From the NCBI GenBank assembly GCA_964346665.1, contig CAYFVC010000035.1:1-40062 (forward strand): a stretch of DNA of 40,062 nucleotides, written 5' to 3'. The notes beneath the pieces were generated by a model. It searched no databases and had not been told where the DNA came from. It was given only the letters and a program-made list of their open reading frames with translations. The DNA is from an uncultured archaeon (GTDB taxonomy: Archaea; Aenigmatarchaeota; Aenigmatarchaeia; QMZP01; QMZT01). Position 1 is the stretch's first letter; each line of letters begins with the position of its first letter. The position numbers and the translations under genes are program-made. Of this stretch, positions 32,932 through 40,062 are shown piece by piece.

Positions 32932-33420
32932 TTAGGTCTCCGCTATTACCATCTGTATGTTCAGATTCGCCTCTTCTTGGAGGATCTTTTCGTTCGCGGT
33001 CCACCTGGGTGTTTTCGCTATAACCAGGTCGCATCTGTCACCGTACACTATGCGGTCCCCTCCAACCACGGTCCAGTTATCCGGCTCTATTATCATGCAG
33101 TAATCGAAAGTTGGCTTTATCACTTTCTTCACGAGGTCTGGGACGATCTCGCTAGAAAGGTTTCGGCAGTTCGTCCCTCCGCAATTCCTGTACGAGGTCA
33201 TGTAGGCGCAGGCTACAGTGGAAGAAACGGTATCGCAGTACCCTCCGTAACCCGTGTTTCTCCTCAGGACTGAAAGCAAAAGGTTGTGGGCGTAGAGGTT
33301 GTTGTATTCCTCGTACTCCGGTTTTATCGAGGATATTAGAAGGAATATCCCGACTCCCATGAATATTATGATTATGAGTACTATCAGTATCATGCTCGTT
33401 TGGCCTGATTTCTTTTGCAT
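32932..33420 (-). CDS. Type IV pilin-like protein (class III signal peptide), Cys-rich
   Basis: The ATG at 33420 is preceded by GGGAGGAT (strong SD); the ORF-track TTG at 33447 is less likely. N-terminus is MQKKSG/QTSMILIVLIIIIFMGVGIFLL. There are 6 Cys in the globular part. Confidence 0.6.
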   Translation of the reverse strand: MQKKSGQTSMILIVLIIIIFMGVGIFLLISSIKPEYEEYNNLYAHNLLLSVLRRNTGYGGYCDTVSSTVACAYMTSYRNCGGTNCRNLSSEIVPDLVKKVIKPTFDYCMIIEPDNWTVVGGDRIVYGDRCDLVIAKTPRWTANEKILQEEANLNIQMVIAET

Positions 33421-33421
33421 T

Positions 33422-33895
33422 TTATCCTCCCTGATGGTACAAACCAACCCTTAGGAAACCTATATCTATTTCATTCTTTGTTTTTCTATAAATGTTAACG
33501 GGCAGTTCAAATATTATCGCTTCCCCTTCTTTTTTGCAATACTCCCACTTCCCGCAAAGTGGGTATGTTTCTTCATTGCACTCTTCTTTAGATCCCAAGG
33601 ATTCGATCTCCGCGAACCACCCACTTCCGTACAATTTCTCGAGATCCTCGCAGGTTATCGAGCTTAATTTTGAATCCTCAAGCATGGACCCCTCCTTGTA
33701 GGTGGCCTTGTTTATGTACGGGGAATTGGTGAACGCCCGTAGAAGGAACTCTGCTCTGTCATACAAAACCTTTCTCTGTTCCGAGCCCGTCGTTGTGATC
33801 TGCCAGCCTGTGAGGAACAGGGTTATCAGGACTATTATAAGGATTATGAAAAAGCTCAGCAAAACATACTCCATTAAGTGAACTTGCCCTCTCAT
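33422..33895 (-). CDS. Type IV pilin-like protein (class III signal peptide)
   Basis: The ATG at 33895 shares one nucleotide with the upstream TGA (TGATG). N-terminus MRG/QVHLMEYVLLSFFIILIIVLI fits the archaeal prepilin pattern of [KR]G then Q...E[YF] plus a hydrophobic helix. Confidence 0.65.
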   Translation of the reverse strand: MRGQVHLMEYVLLSFFIILIIVLITLFLTGWQITTTGSEQRKVLYDRAEFLLRAFTNSPYINKATYKEGSMLEDSKLSSITCEDLEKLYGSGWFAEIESLGSKEECNEETYPLCGKWEYCKKEGEAIIFELPVNIYRKTKNEIDIGFLRVGLYHQGG

Positions 33896-34947
33896 CACCC
33901 GCACCCCAAGATTTCGAGATCTTTGTAGTTTTTAACGGATTCCTTCATGTGGTAAGCGAATTCCCTCACGTCGTCTTCTTTCATTGAATCAAGCTTGGGG
34001 ATGAGTTCTTCTTTTATGAAACCGAGCGTTCCCGTGAATTTTGAAAATTCCGTTCCGCACCTATTTCTCAAATTAATATCCCCGATTAAGAGATTGGATT
34101 CCTTGATTCCGACATCGATTCCGACCCCAAGCTCTCTTAGGAATTTCTCGTTAACGTAATCGTAATGCCTTTTTCCTCCCAGAAGCAAAGCCACTATATC
34201 CAAGCCGTTCTTGTAGATATGTTCTTCGTATTCATCCCCGCTTTTTATGTAAACATACCCTATTTCGTTGTCTATCGGACTCACAAGGAAATCCGCATCC
34301 ATGGATTTTTCAGATATCGTGATGACCTTGATGCCCTTTTTTCTGAAGTGTTCAAGATTTTCGCAGGGATTGAATTCCAACTCACTTGCCTTTAAACTTG
34401 GAACTATCCTTTCCAAGAATTGGTATCTCTCCCATCCCAGCCAAAAATCCGAACCATTACACCCTACTCCGAATTTCACCTTGGTTTTCGTGTTCTCTGT
34501 TGAGGGGAAGAATTTGGTTATGTTTTCCATAACCGACCATATCCTTTCATCTCTCCCTAAGGGCATGAATAAGATCTGTGTTTCTGGGAAAACCTCTATG
34601 AAATAGAATTTCCACCACCCGATATCGTATTCGTTCCTGTATATGGAGAACTTTTCGCCCGGGATGAGGAGGAGAGGAACGGGATCCGCATCAAAAAACG
34701 AAACGGGTGTTTCGATGTTAGGAGGTCTGTAATTCAAAATTTCAGAATCTTTCATTTCAAAATCTGTGGAAACGCCAGTTGTGTAAACATCCTCAATTGA
34801 TTTTTTGAAGTTAACTATAATGGAAACCTGCCTGCCTGATTCGCCTATTTCCATATAAGAGCCCGCGAACCTTAGGAGAAAGAAGAGTATGAAGGCTGAA
34901 ATTATAATTCCCAAAATTATCTTGAAAACCTGGAATACGCTTATCAT
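33895..34947 (-). CDS. Membrane-anchored protein (about 350 aa) in the pilin cluster
   Basis: The ATG at 34947 is preceded by GAGAGGT (SD-like); the TTG at 34965 is an alternative start. N-terminal helix is MISVFQVFKIILGIIISAFILFFLL. The large globular domain has no family I recognise. Confidence 0.6.
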   Translation of the reverse strand: MISVFQVFKIILGIIISAFILFFLLRFAGSYMEIGESGRQVSIIVNFKKSIEDVYTTGVSTDFEMKDSEILNYRPPNIETPVSFFDADPVPLLLIPGEKFSIYRNEYDIGWWKFYFIEVFPETQILFMPLGRDERIWSVMENITKFFPSTENTKTKVKFGVGCNGSDFWLGWERYQFLERIVPSLKASELEFNPCENLEHFRKKGIKVITISEKSMDADFLVSPIDNEIGYVYIKSGDEYEEHIYKNGLDIVALLLGGKRHYDYVNEKFLRELGVGIDVGIKESNLLIGDINLRNRCGTEFSKFTGTLGFIKEELIPKLDSMKEDDVREFAYHMKESVKNYKDLEILGCG

Positions 34948-34961
34948 GCTATCGACCTCTC

Positions 34962-35432
34962 TCAAAATTCAGGGAGCGTTGCCTCTACGAGTGTCCCTAT
35001 ATTTCGGAGGATAACTTCCCTTGTTGAGGTTATGCAGAAGTTAACGTATGGTCTGAATTTCTCTATTTTGTGGCCGTCAATTTCGCCGTTAGATTTCATT
35101 ATGACGACATTGTACCCGTAACTGGACACGAATTTCGTAACGAACTCGCTCGGAATCCACCCACCTTCCTCATACTCTATTTCAGGATGGTTCGGGTCGA
35201 CAAAACAAAACCTTTCGATGCAGTTTGGGACAAGGATTTTAACCTTTTGTGACGCATCCATGGACAAAGTCAGAGTTGATTCCACTCCCTTCTCCAGATT
35301 TATTACCTGCTGTCCAATCTGGGATTCGCAACTCAAGAACATAACCTCGTTTATGTACCTGAAACCGAAGAACAATAGCAGTATTATTACTATGGCCGCA
35401 AATATTATTCCGAAAACCAACCCTACATCCAT
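34962..35432 (-). CDS. Membrane-anchored protein (about 156 aa) in the pilin cluster
   Basis: The ORF track starts at TTG 35480; the first ATG is at 35432 (MDVGLVFGIIFAAIVIILLLFFGF). It has a single N-terminal hydrophobic helix and no clear prepilin cleavage motif. Confidence 0.5.
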   Translation of the reverse strand: MDVGLVFGIIFAAIVIILLLFFGFRYINEVMFLSCESQIGQQVINLEKGVESTLTLSMDASQKVKILVPNCIERFCFVDPNHPEIEYEEGGWIPSEFVTKFVSSYGYNVVIMKSNGEIDGHKIEKFRPYVNFCITSTREVILRNIGTLVEATLPEF

Positions 35433-35469
35433 AATTAAATAAATGTAAAAGGGGAGATAAATATCATTC

Positions 35470-36048
35470 CTAAGCTTCAATTGTTATGGTCACTGGCTGC
35501 GGGCTTCCCCAAATGTTGGCTGCGTTTATGTCACATCCCGAAGGAGTACCTGCACCCTCTGCTGATTCTCCATAACAGGCATAAACGTCGAAGAGGTAAT
35601 TTCCCTGCTTGGCAGCGCTTGGTATGTTAAGCGTAAGATCCCTGTTTGCGGTTGCTGCTGGGTCAATCTTTGTTGCAGTACCTGGAACCAAGACCCACGT
35701 GTTTACTTGGTCAAGGTTTTCCCCAGAATCCGTGGATGTGGCTTTCATGTTTATTACGTAATAGAGTACTCTGCCTGCTTGGTCATTGTTCCTTATCCCC
35801 GCCGCCATTATCAACTTGTTTCCAGGTTCAACCGAGTACCTTGCCGGCCATATCGCGAAGTTCTTGTCCGTGTTCTGGAATACCTTCGCTATCTCGCTTT
35901 GCGCCTGTTGTGTGAGGTCCACTGTAAGCGGTTCAAGTCCTGTGAAAAAACCCCTCAACCAGTATATAGCAAGACTCAGCAGAACCACCGCGAATACGAC
36001 CGTTATTATGAACCCCAAACTCAATTGTATAGCTCCTTTCCTATTCAT
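35470..36048 (-). CDS. Type IV pilin-like protein (class III signal peptide), first gene of the cluster and candidate major pilin
   Basis: The internal ATG at 36048 gives MNRKG/AIQLSLGFIITVVFAVVLLSLAIYW. A TATA-like box lies 22-31 nt upstream of this ATG. The ORF-track N-terminal extension (to 36087) would bury the signal peptide. Confidence 0.7.
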   Translation of the reverse strand: MNRKGAIQLSLGFIITVVFAVVLLSLAIYWLRGFFTGLEPLTVDLTQQAQSEIAKVFQNTDKNFAIWPARYSVEPGNKLIMAAGIRNNDQAGRVLYYVINMKATSTDSGENLDQVNTWVLVPGTATKIDPAATANRDLTLNIPSAAKQGNYLFDVYACYGESAEGAGTPSGCDINAANIWGSPQPVTITIEA

Positions 36049-36069
36049 AATATATATTTCGGGCAGCCC

Positions 36070-36079
36070 GTATAAAAAC
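36070..36079 (-). promoter_or_regulatory. TATA-like box (minus-strand TTTTTATAC) upstream of the pilin gene
   Basis: Lies 22-31 nt upstream of the ATG at 36048, in a divergent intergenic region. Confidence 0.35.
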
Positions 36080-36110
36080 TTAATCAAATGTTTCTTTTCG
36101 AAAGCAAATC

Positions 36111-36127
36111 TAATTTATGTTTTTATC
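36111..36127 (+). promoter_or_regulatory. A/T boxes (TAATTTAT / TTTTTATC) upstream of the XPF gene
   Basis: Lie 17-33 nt upstream of the ATG at 36144. Confidence 0.3.
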
Positions 36128-36143
36128 TCCTAATATAATTCGA

Positions 36144-36821
36144 ATGGTCAAAGCTCAGAAGATTCTGGATACGGGAAAGGTTAGGATAGTGGTGGATCAC
36201 AGGGAATCGAAAAACCATGTTTTCAGGAATCTCAGGGAATTCGATGTTCTTCTCGTTCGCAAGCAGCTGAAAACAGGGGATTATATATGTTCTGACAGGG
36301 TTTGCGTGGAGAGGAAAACCATCCCAGATTTCATTCAATCAGTAATCGACCAGAGGATATTCAAGCAGGTTTTGGAGATTTCGGAGTGTTTCGAGAAACC
36401 TTTGTTAATTCTCGAGGGAAACCCTGATCTGTTGTTTATGGAGAGGAATATCCATCCTAACATGGTTCGTGGCGCACTCGCCTCACTAGCTATAGATCAC
36501 AAAATTCCTATAATCTGGACTAGGAATTCGTTAGAAACAGCGAATCAAATTTACTGGATTGCATATAGAGAGCAGGCCAAGGAGAAGAGGAGTGTAGCGA
36601 TTCGTTGTCCAAGGAAATTCGCTAGCGCTAGCGAAAGGCAGGAGTTCCTGATAGCCGGGCTTCCTCACGTGAACACAAAGTTAAGCAAGAACCTGTTGAA
36701 AAAATTCAAAACGCCAAAACGCGTTTTCTCAGCCAAGCAGGAAAAACTTATGAAAGTCGAAGGGATAGGGAAGGAGAAAGCGAAGAGGATCTGGGAACTG
36801 CTGAATGCAGATTATGAATAA
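36144..36821 (+). CDS. xpf: Short-form XPF/ERCC4-family structure-specific nuclease (nuclease domain plus HhH2, no helicase domain)
   Basis: The ERCC4 signature is GDYICSDRVCVERKTIPDF (GDY...ERK...D). The C-terminal tandem helix-hairpin-helix is LIAGLPHVNTKLSKNLL ... LMKVEGIGKEKAKRIWELL. The start is taken at ATG 36144; the ORF track gives 36117. Confidence 0.8.
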   Translation: MVKAQKILDTGKVRIVVDHRESKNHVFRNLREFDVLLVRKQLKTGDYICSDRVCVERKTIPDFIQSVIDQRIFKQVLEISECFEKPLLILEGNPDLLFMERNIHPNMVRGALASLAIDHKIPIIWTRNSLETANQIYWIAYREQAKEKRSVAIRCPRKFASASERQEFLIAGLPHVNTKLSKNLLKKFKTPKRVFSAKQEKLMKVEGIGKEKAKRIWELLNADYE

Positions 36822-36823
36822 AA

Positions 36824-38377
36824 CTATTTGGCAGGAATGTATTTTATAGTGGGTATTGCATCGGTTGTCACGTTCAAACCAGTCTTTCTCAAACCCGAAC
36901 GATCCCCGTTTGTCGGTATGTGCGTTATGTGCATTTCACAATTTTTTAAATTCTCTAACTTCTCTATTGCCTTCTTAGTTTCAGGATTCGTCAAACTACT
37001 GGCTGACAAGGCTATCAATGTTTCATCCAAGTTCAGGCTTTCTGATTTCATTTCAAGCGTTTTTGTCTTCAACTTTTCTATACTTTTGAGAACATTAGGC
37101 TGTATCAAATGAATATCATCAGGTATGCCCGCCAAAACCTTTATCGCATTTAGAACGGCAGCTGAAGATGCATGAAGTAAAGGAGAATTCTTCCCTGTCA
37201 CTATCTTTCCGTTCGGCAGTTCGATCGCTGCTCCACAGAATACGCCTTTGTTTCCCTTTCCCTTATTTTTCGCTTCATCTGAGGCTTTCCTCGCTGGTAA
37301 AACAACCTTCCTTTCTTCCGGTTTCAGGCCTGATTTTTTCATTATTTTTTCCACCCTTTTGACCGTTTCCTTGCTTTCTATACCAAGCATCATTTCTTCC
37401 TTGTACCTGAAATATCTCCTTATTATTTCCTGTTTTGCCGCCTCACTGCATACTTTATCATCAATTATTCCAACCTTAGCTTTGTTAACTCCCATGTCTG
37501 TTGGGGAATTATAGGATATATCGCTTTCTTTACCGAGAATCCTATCCAAGATGTTTTTCATCAATTCGAAATTCTCGATGTCCCTGTTGTAGTTTATCGC
37601 TGTGATCCCGTACTTCTTCTTGTGGAAGGGATCGACCATAACATAATCCCCAAGATCGGCGGTTGCAGCTTCATATGCTATATTAACAGGATGGTTAATA
37701 GGCAAATTCCATATGGGGAAAGTCTCGAACTTCGCGAAGCCTGATTTTATCCCCTTTTTGTGATCGTGATACATTTGAGATAAGCACAAAAACATCTTTC
37801 CGCTCCCCCCTCCTGCTCCTGTAACAACAATCAGGGGTTTTTCAATCTTTATGTAGGGCTGGTTCCCGTAACCCTTATCGCTTACAACCAAATCAAGATC
37901 ATTCGGGTAACCTCTTATCTCTGTAAAAACGTAAACCTTGATCCCAAGATTTTTCAAATACCTTTTGAACCTGTCAGCAAGACTTTCTCCATTATAAATC
38001 GTTATCGCAACACATGAAACTTCCATTCCCCTGTCTCTCAGATCTCCGATATCCTTCAATGTCTGCTGGTCATAAGGCAGGCCAAAATCCCCTCTCATTT
38101 TCCCTCTTTGTATGTCCTTCGCACTCACACAATAGATTATCTGAATGTCCTTGCTCATTTTTTTGAATAACTTTATCTTTGTATCGGGCCCGTATCCCGG
38201 TAAAACCCTGGCCGCATGATAATCGTAACAGAGCTTACCTCCAAATTCAAGATACAGCCTTTTGTCAAACTTTTTGACCCTGTTCAAGATTTCGGATGAT
38301 TGAACCTTCAGATATTTGTCGGTATCAAACCCTATCCTTTTCAAAGAATTAGATCTTTTCTTTTTCTTCCTAGGCAT
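36824..38377 (-). CDS. DUF1846 / UPF0371-family protein (517 aa), function unknown
   Basis: N-terminal IGFDTDKYLKVQSSEILNRVKKFDKRLYLEFGGKLCYDYHAARVLPGYGPDTKIKL matches my memory of the conserved DUF1846 N-terminus. The length of about 500 aa is typical. Confidence 0.75.
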   Translation of the reverse strand: MPRKKKKRSNSLKRIGFDTDKYLKVQSSEILNRVKKFDKRLYLEFGGKLCYDYHAARVLPGYGPDTKIKLFKKMSKDIQIIYCVSAKDIQRGKMRGDFGLPYDQQTLKDIGDLRDRGMEVSCVAITIYNGESLADRFKRYLKNLGIKVYVFTEIRGYPNDLDLVVSDKGYGNQPYIKIEKPLIVVTGAGGGSGKMFLCLSQMYHDHKKGIKSGFAKFETFPIWNLPINHPVNIAYEAATADLGDYVMVDPFHKKKYGITAINYNRDIENFELMKNILDRILGKESDISYNSPTDMGVNKAKVGIIDDKVCSEAAKQEIIRRYFRYKEEMMLGIESKETVKRVEKIMKKSGLKPEERKVVLPARKASDEAKNKGKGNKGVFCGAAIELPNGKIVTGKNSPLLHASSAAVLNAIKVLAGIPDDIHLIQPNVLKSIEKLKTKTLEMKSESLNLDETLIALSASSLTNPETKKAIEKLENLKNCEMHITHIPTNGDRSGLRKTGLNVTTDAIPTIKYIPAK

Positions 38378-38398
38378 AATAATTTATCAAGAACTGAG

Positions 38399-38407
38399 TT
38401 TAAAAAG
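38399..38407 (-). promoter_or_regulatory. TATA-like box (minus-strand CTTTTTAAA) upstream of the DUF1846 gene
   Basis: Lies 22-30 nt upstream of the ATG at 38377. Confidence 0.3.
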
Positions 38408-38424
38408 ATTTATTTCAAAGAAGT

Positions 38425-38748
38425 CTACTTCGGTCTTGTCTGGTATTTCTGCTGGGACGGGATGGTCTGGGATTTCTGATGGATGTATTCCTCCTCCTTC
38501 ATATCAACCATCGCCTTTACCCCTTCCAAGTCTATCTCTATTTCCTTCGACAGTCTTGATCTCTCCACCCTGCTCACCCTCCGTTCTTCCAGGATCCGCA
38601 GGTTCTGCTCTACCATGTCCATTTTTGTGAGTATGTCCCCTTTCAGGGGTTGTTTCTTTTTCAAAGCCTTCTCCCTCAGCCTGTCCCATTTCTTCCGGAG
38701 CTTGCGGACTCTCCTTCCGAAACCGAAAAATCCTAAAAATCCTTTCAT
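38425..38748 (-). CDS. Small basic helical protein (about 107 aa)
   Basis: The ATG at 38748 lies 1 nt after the upstream stop; the ORF-track TTG is at 38772. N-terminus is MKGFLGFFGFGRRVRKLRKKW, followed by a charged helix. Confidence 0.5.
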   Translation of the reverse strand: MKGFLGFFGFGRRVRKLRKKWDRLREKALKKKQPLKGDILTKMDMVEQNLRILEERRVSRVERSRLSKEIEIDLEGVKAMVDMKEEEYIHQKSQTIPSQQKYQTRPK

Positions 38749-38749
38749 T

Positions 38750-39064
38750 CTACCAAACCAGACCCTTATCAACCAGTTCCTTTGCTTTCGTCTTTTTCAT
38801 CCCTGCTAGCTTGAACATTTCCTCTTCAAGCTCGTTTTTTGTTTCAACGTAGAACTTCCGCGATCTATATTCGAACGCCCCGAATATTAGCATGAGTACT
38901 ACTGATATTGTTATAACGTACATGTTGTAGTAGACAAAGCCTATAACTAGTCCTATAATACATGAAGCGAACAGAATCGAGGAGGTGAGGAAGATCGTGT
39001 TCCACTCCGAAACTAGGGACTGGTATTTCGCGATCAAGGTTTCCTCTTTTTCCAAGCTAGACAC
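38750..39064 (-). CDS. Small membrane protein (104 aa, 2 TM helices)
   Basis: GTG start. Two hydrophobic helices (IFLTSSILFASCIIGLVIGFVYY and VITISVVLMLIFGAF) are followed by a charged C-terminus. Confidence 0.5.
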   Translation of the reverse strand: MSSLEKEETLIAKYQSLVSEWNTIFLTSSILFASCIIGLVIGFVYYNMYVITISVVLMLIFGAFEYRSRKFYVETKNELEEEMFKLAGMKKTKAKELVDKGLVW

Positions 39065-39067
39065 CCC

Positions 39068-39562
39068 CTAAAATTTTCTTATTCGGTCTGAAATCAGATG
39101 TGAAGCGTATCCCACAATTATAAATAAGGCGAATGTGATATTAATGTTTGCGAGAGCGAACAAAATCAAGGATATTCCTCCGAAAAGAAAGCAGTATCGC
39201 CAGAGGTGGAGGGAACGCTTTCCCCTGTGTTTGAGGGGGAGATTCTTGTAAATGTAATACGCAAGGATTAGGATTATTATAATAATCAAGGCCTTTGTTC
39301 CTACATCCATGGCCAATTCAATAATTATGAACAACATCATCAAATAGAAAACTAAGATGAAAGTTATTTTTCTTATCATTGATTTCGGGTGGTCAAGATC
39401 GGGGAGGAGGGAGGAGAAAACAAGGATTAGAAGCGCCTGGACGGAATAGATAAGGGAAAACTGGGAAAACGAGATTATCAGAAAATACAGGAAAAGAGAA
39501 AGGATTACATGCAATTTCCAGTCCATGTAAAAACCTATAGTTTCGAATGACGCAGGTTTCAC
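39068..39562 (-). CDS. Membrane-bound metal-dependent hydrolase-like protein (DUF457/YdjM-like)
   Basis: Polytopic protein with LLPDLDHPKS and a C-terminal GYASHLISD motif, typical of DUF457 as I recall it. The start is either GTG 39562 (GTGA overlap with the upstream stop) or ATG 39526 (MDWKLHV...). Confidence 0.55.
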   Translation of the reverse strand: MKPASFETIGFYMDWKLHVILSLFLYFLIISFSQFSLIYSVQALLILVFSSLLPDLDHPKSMIRKITFILVFYLMMLFIIIELAMDVGTKALIIIIILILAYYIYKNLPLKHRGKRSLHLWRYCFLFGGISLILFALANINITFALFIIVGYASHLISDRIRKF

Positions 39563-39569
39563 CTGCGTC
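39549..39569 (-). terminator. Perfect 9-bp inverted repeat (GACGCAGGT-TTC-ACCTGCGTC) spanning the stop codon of the acetyl-CoA synthetase gene
   Basis: Read directly from the sequence. On the minus strand a T5 run follows about 20 nt downstream. It could be an attenuating or terminating hairpin, or may simply lie within coding sequence. Confidence 0.25.
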
Positions 39570-40062
39570 TATCGTTGATTATCATTCTCGCGTCCGCTGC
39601 CTTAACGCCCTTGGAATCAACAAAAAGAGGGTTTATATCGAGCTCTTCCATTTTCTTCTCCTTCCACACCATGTCAGATACCTTTAGCAAAACATCTTCC
39701 AAGGCCTTGAAATTAACCGGTTTTTGCCCGCGAACCCCTTTCAATATCTCGTAGCCTTTTATTTCAGAAATCATCTCCTTAGCGTCTTTCCTTTCGATGG
39801 GGATTATTCTGAAGCTAACGTCTTTGAATACCTCAACGAATATCCCTCCCAACCCGAACATTATGACCGGTCCGAACTGCGGGTCTTTTTTTGACCCTAT
39901 TATACATTGTCTCCCCTCTCTAATCATCTCTTGAACGAGAATTCCCAGTATTTTCGCATTCTTGTCGTACTTCCTAGCGGATTTCATCATCTCTTCGAAA
40001 CCTTTCGAAACTCCTTCCTCGTTTTTCAGGTTTAGGATAACCCCCCCGGCCTCTGTTTTGTG
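39559..40062 (-). CDS. ADP-forming acetyl-CoA synthetase (acetate--CoA ligase, ATP-grasp/beta-type domain), 3' part only
   Basis: The frame is open to the window end (HKTEAGGVILNL...). GILVQEM...IIGSKKDPQFGPVIMFGLGGIFVEVFKDVSFRIIP...EIKGYEILKGVRG is highly characteristic of ACD-family enzymes. Confidence 0.85.
   Translation of the reverse strand, partial: HKTEAGGVILNLKNEEGVSKGFEEMMKSARKYDKNAKILGILVQEMIREGRQCIIGSKKDPQFGPVIMFGLGGIFVEVFKDVSFRIIPIERKDAKEMISEIKGYEILKGVRGQKPVNFKALEDVLLKVSDMVWKEKKMEELDINPLFVDSKGVKAADARMIINDRRR

Noticed and set aside
35646-36133. Plus-strand ORFs antisense to the first pilin gene, and the ORF-track N-terminal extension of the pilin (36049-36087, MIKFLYGLPEIYI)
   Set aside because: The antisense ORFs have no motifs. 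The extension would place 13 residues ahead of a textbook short class III signal peptide and would remove the TATA-like box spacing, so ATG 36048 is preferred.
1-40062. Searched for CRISPR arrays, tRNA/rRNA genes, transposases or integrases, and a diversity-generating retroelement targeting the giant genes
   Set aside because: No regularly spaced direct repeats were seen. All intergenic gaps are 115 nt or shorter, too short for RNA genes. No DDE, tyrosine or serine recombinase or reverse-transcriptase motifs appear in any ORF. The repeats in the giant genes are protein-level and divergent rather than template/variable repeat pairs.

Overview
Archaeal-looking, densely coding window with about 24 protein genes. 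I found no rRNA or tRNA genes, no CRISPR array and no recognisable transposase or integrase. The archaeal assignment rests on class III (prepilin-like) signal peptides, an archaeal-type MiaB-like enzyme, ADP-forming acetyl-CoA synthetase, a short XPF nuclease, and TATA-like boxes 22-35 nt upstream of start codons. Positions 1-28417 form one co-directional (+) block. It is dominated by two giant surface proteins saturated with N-X-S/T sequons. The first is >4,306 aa and cut by the window start; the second is 1,979 aa. Each has a single C-terminal TM helix. The larger protein continues inside the cell as a HerA/FtsK-superfamily P-loop ATPase domain. The smaller one ends in a SHOCT-like cytoplasmic tail. 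Around them sit a 514-aa coiled-coil protein with three SHOCT-like motifs, a hypothetical protein, a ParA/MinD ATPase with a C-terminal amphipathic helix, and an 87-aa TM/coiled-coil protein. Three E/K-rich coiled-coil genes (639, 1,096 and 289 aa) follow, joined by ATGA overlaps. I propose this block as a candidate undescribed trans-envelope (surface fibre plus cytoplasmic scaffold/ATPase) system. The remaining 11.6 kb holds glmS, a membrane protein, a MiaB-like radical-SAM methylthiotransferase, an AT-rich HTH orphan, and a five-gene type IV pilin-like cluster. It also holds a short XPF/ERCC4 nuclease, a DUF1846/UPF0371 protein, three small basic or membrane proteins, and the 3' part of an ADP-forming acetyl-CoA synthetase gene. 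All family assignments come from motif recognition by eye; no searches were run.
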